A DNA stretch of 32,000 nucleotides, from NCBI GenBank assembly GCA_028700115.1, contig JAQVTI010000005.1, positions 22,166-54,165 on the forward strand, given 5' to 3'. Made by a program: the position numbers and the translations under genes. Shown one piece after another: positions 31,201 through 32,000 of the stretch (its first letter is position 1; the number at the start of each line of letters is the position of its first letter). The notes under the pieces are model-generated. The model searched no databases. It was given only the letters and a program-made list of their open reading frames with translations, and had not been told where the DNA came from. Source of the DNA: Candidatus Iainarchaeum sp. (GTDB lineage Archaea > Iainarchaeota > Iainarchaeia > Iainarchaeales > CSSED10-239).

Positions 31201-31350
31201 ATTTTGTGAATTATTATATTGATTAGTACTATTTTGTGTGTTTGTTTGTTGTCCATCACCATCTGCAGCAAAAATATTTGCAGAAAAAACACACATAAGC
31301 ATAAGTCCAACTAATAAAACACTTAAAATCTTCATATTCATTTTTTTCAT
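28273..31350 (-). CDS. Secreted protein, 1025 aa, with an Asn/Gln-rich N-terminus and the C-terminal module also found in the 2447- and 2155-aa proteins
   Basis: Signal peptide MKILSVLLVGLMLMCVFSANIFAA, then NTQNSTNQYNNSQNNN; C-term YYMPFDGLVGVLSENARQGYG and SVFLKTILYTPSN. AGGTG Shine-Dalgarno-like site 8-13 nt upstream of the ATG region. Confidence 0.88.
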   Translation of the reverse strand: MKKMNMKILSVLLVGLMLMCVFSANIFAADGDGQQTNTQNSTNQYNNSQNNNALAGNLGNFLTGGNNSGYLLGNLTNVAIDLVEKIVGPSPIIHGVLAGAVSGFKTYQNVKDTKFEFVLTKDLVNISNDKSDYIDYPDYSNYAADFYLQRIMSPNDPNYNTYETDTLPYETMTITDKNILDTEFIQTVDLPSLDRSNSPTFRLEETTEEYTTYDLNNNVTSAQKRGILFEDPNKTVGNDYEYRFLVTKYPKLLFDEEEIYINLKFDMIKDDLGWANLYFMPFYSVTSALRLDKILDGKTLAKELQDMAEVKEEKQAFHLVFNSWTVDEDSTLELEELDCVDGGIILGTTGEESLPRVSFDWDFDTGNTIAINGQELTKDTWCDVDSKSITSGSSGNDSITDTGMYCDATQFNIEILNKLHQLEEYVLQNSSEFTCPMPGVTQDLEVQTDNVGITSLNSEYDSLSLVNVEYTLESYYDFSGINPSSDSSATLTLSLENSNSVILDSVEVELSREELSLENISGEVSLNAGYFADPEKLTVTASLSNFTSDLNSEYNEPRSLDNFLENIFSTEGVECSLEHTSENIKDFARELNNFDYDKLVNFRSLLMLDGYSNDFLEDFDEYYRMTFMAYPQYYYDDTTEEGLYKLLLDHDKFAYTSSFDSESGKLVLPGPGRYEVLVDVTFDDQWRIFDDFGNIVGDVEIVLSKEMPPEKDAPIYYMPFDGLVGVLSENARQGYGIDYIGDVLEVYNDGQATVIRSEPFTASNTVNTVSFTEIGNRPGDFSKLNNNQTRGQILSVQTNSSHSAPEVRFAPSRATPVVMKVTNTNNDAYAFYKLSVGAPEDQGGEAASPGSYLTKWTGIGECKDFTGISVQEIFIDRADILATQSELAPYTPSQNFTYGVEWPEDEIIRKNGSVFLKTILYTPSNSPLGNGTSQLVADSYSDDLMFYTNSGDGTIVDLENIYSNDIQTIKDIYDMIADKKACVNYSSTSMNVYYNPKFVYEEYFGSLDTENMNSWIKQNGGCIID

Positions 31351-31393
31351 TTTAATTACACCTACATTTTTTAAATATCATTTTTATTAAAAT

Positions 31394-32000
31394 TTATTTT
31401 TTATTAGTTATAACTTTCTTTAAATTATAACTAGCTCCATAAGATTCATTAAAATTTTCAATTAAAATCTTATTTCTACTTCCAGAAAGTCTAAATACTT
31501 TTGGAGTACCTTGATTATCTTTTCCTAAATAAATTACAAAATAACCTAAATTATTAGCACTATTTGGAGAAGTATATCCTATAATTTGACCAGGTTCTAC
31601 TTGATCAATACTTGTCCAATCAGAACAATTATTTTTACCACAAATATCTGAATTACTTGCTGTTGCATAATTATATTTTGTATTTCCAGCAAGTTTATTT
31701 GCATATCTTGCAACATTTGTAAATAAAGTTTTAGCAGGAGCTGAAGGCCCTGTATAATCATTATTATTATAATTATCTAAACCAATTAAATAAGTTGAAT
31801 CAATTACAGTTGGTTCTTCAACAACATCGTCACCAGTTGTATCATCACCAGTTGTATCATCACCAGTAGTATTATCACCAGTAGTATTATCACCAGTAGT
31901 ATTATCACCAGTAGTATTATCACCAGTAGTATTATCACCAGTAGTATTATCACCAGTAGTATTATCACCAGTAGTATTATCACCAGTAGTATTATCACCA
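31394..32000 (-). CDS. C-terminal part of an extracellular-type protein with a (GDNTT)n linker; 5' end outside the window
   Basis: Manual translation of the frame ending at TAA 31394-31396: ...[161 protein letters not shown]. Not in the supplied ORF track. Confidence 0.75.
   Translation of the reverse strand, partial: GDNTTGDNTTGDNTTGDNTTGDNTTGDNTTGDNTTGDNTTGDNTTGDDTTGDDTTGDDVVEEPTVIDSTYLIGLDNYNNNDYTGPSAPAKTLFTNVARYANKLAGNTKYNYATASNSDICGKNNCSDWTSIDQVEPGQIIGYTSPNSANNLGYFVIYLGKDNQGTPKVFRLSGSRNKILIENFNESYGASYNLKKVITNKK
31831..32000 (-). repeat. 15-bp tandem repeat: 2 variant units (CACCAGTTGTATCAT) then 9 perfect units (CACCAGTAGTATTAT) plus a partial unit at the window edge
   Basis: Read directly: unit starts 31831, 31846, then 31861, 31876, 31891, 31906, 31921, 31936, 31951, 31966, 31981. 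Encodes GDDTT/GDNTT on the minus strand. Confidence 0.97.

Noticed and set aside
31804-31998. 64-aa minus-strand [18 protein letters not shown]...
   Set aside because: Out-of-frame reading of the 15-bp repeat. The frame encoding GDNTT continues into a long open C-terminal domain ending at 31394.
31831-32000. CRISPR-like array
   Set aside because: Units are contiguous 15-bp repeats without spacers and lie in a coding frame.

Overview
The window is AT-rich and looks archaeal, probably a small-genome (DPANN-like) lineage, based on the archaeal-type AlaS. Every supported gene is on the minus strand. Low coordinates hold housekeeping genes: alaS (runs off the left edge and has one in-frame TGA), hisS, and a bacterial-type HU/IHF DNA-binding protein. 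From about 4.4 kb to the right edge there is a nearly continuous same-strand block of predicted membrane or secreted proteins: a 1836-aa protein with a gingipain-like (C25, caspase-fold) domain, two small membrane proteins, a 2155-aa and a 2447-aa single-pass giant with carboxypeptidase-regulatory-like repeats, a glycine-rich 828-aa repeat protein, a cysteine-rich 325-aa protein, a 1025-aa secreted protein, and the C-terminal end of a protein with a (GDNTT)n linker. By direct reading, the 2155-, 2447- and 1025-aa proteins share a C-terminal module whose clearest signature is LPxDGxxG...R(E/Q)GYG. I propose this as a candidate archaeal cell-surface assembly or processing locus built around a C25-family peptidase; the functional link is inference. 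No CRISPR array, tRNA, rRNA or transposase was recognised. No database search was run; all family calls come from motif reading.
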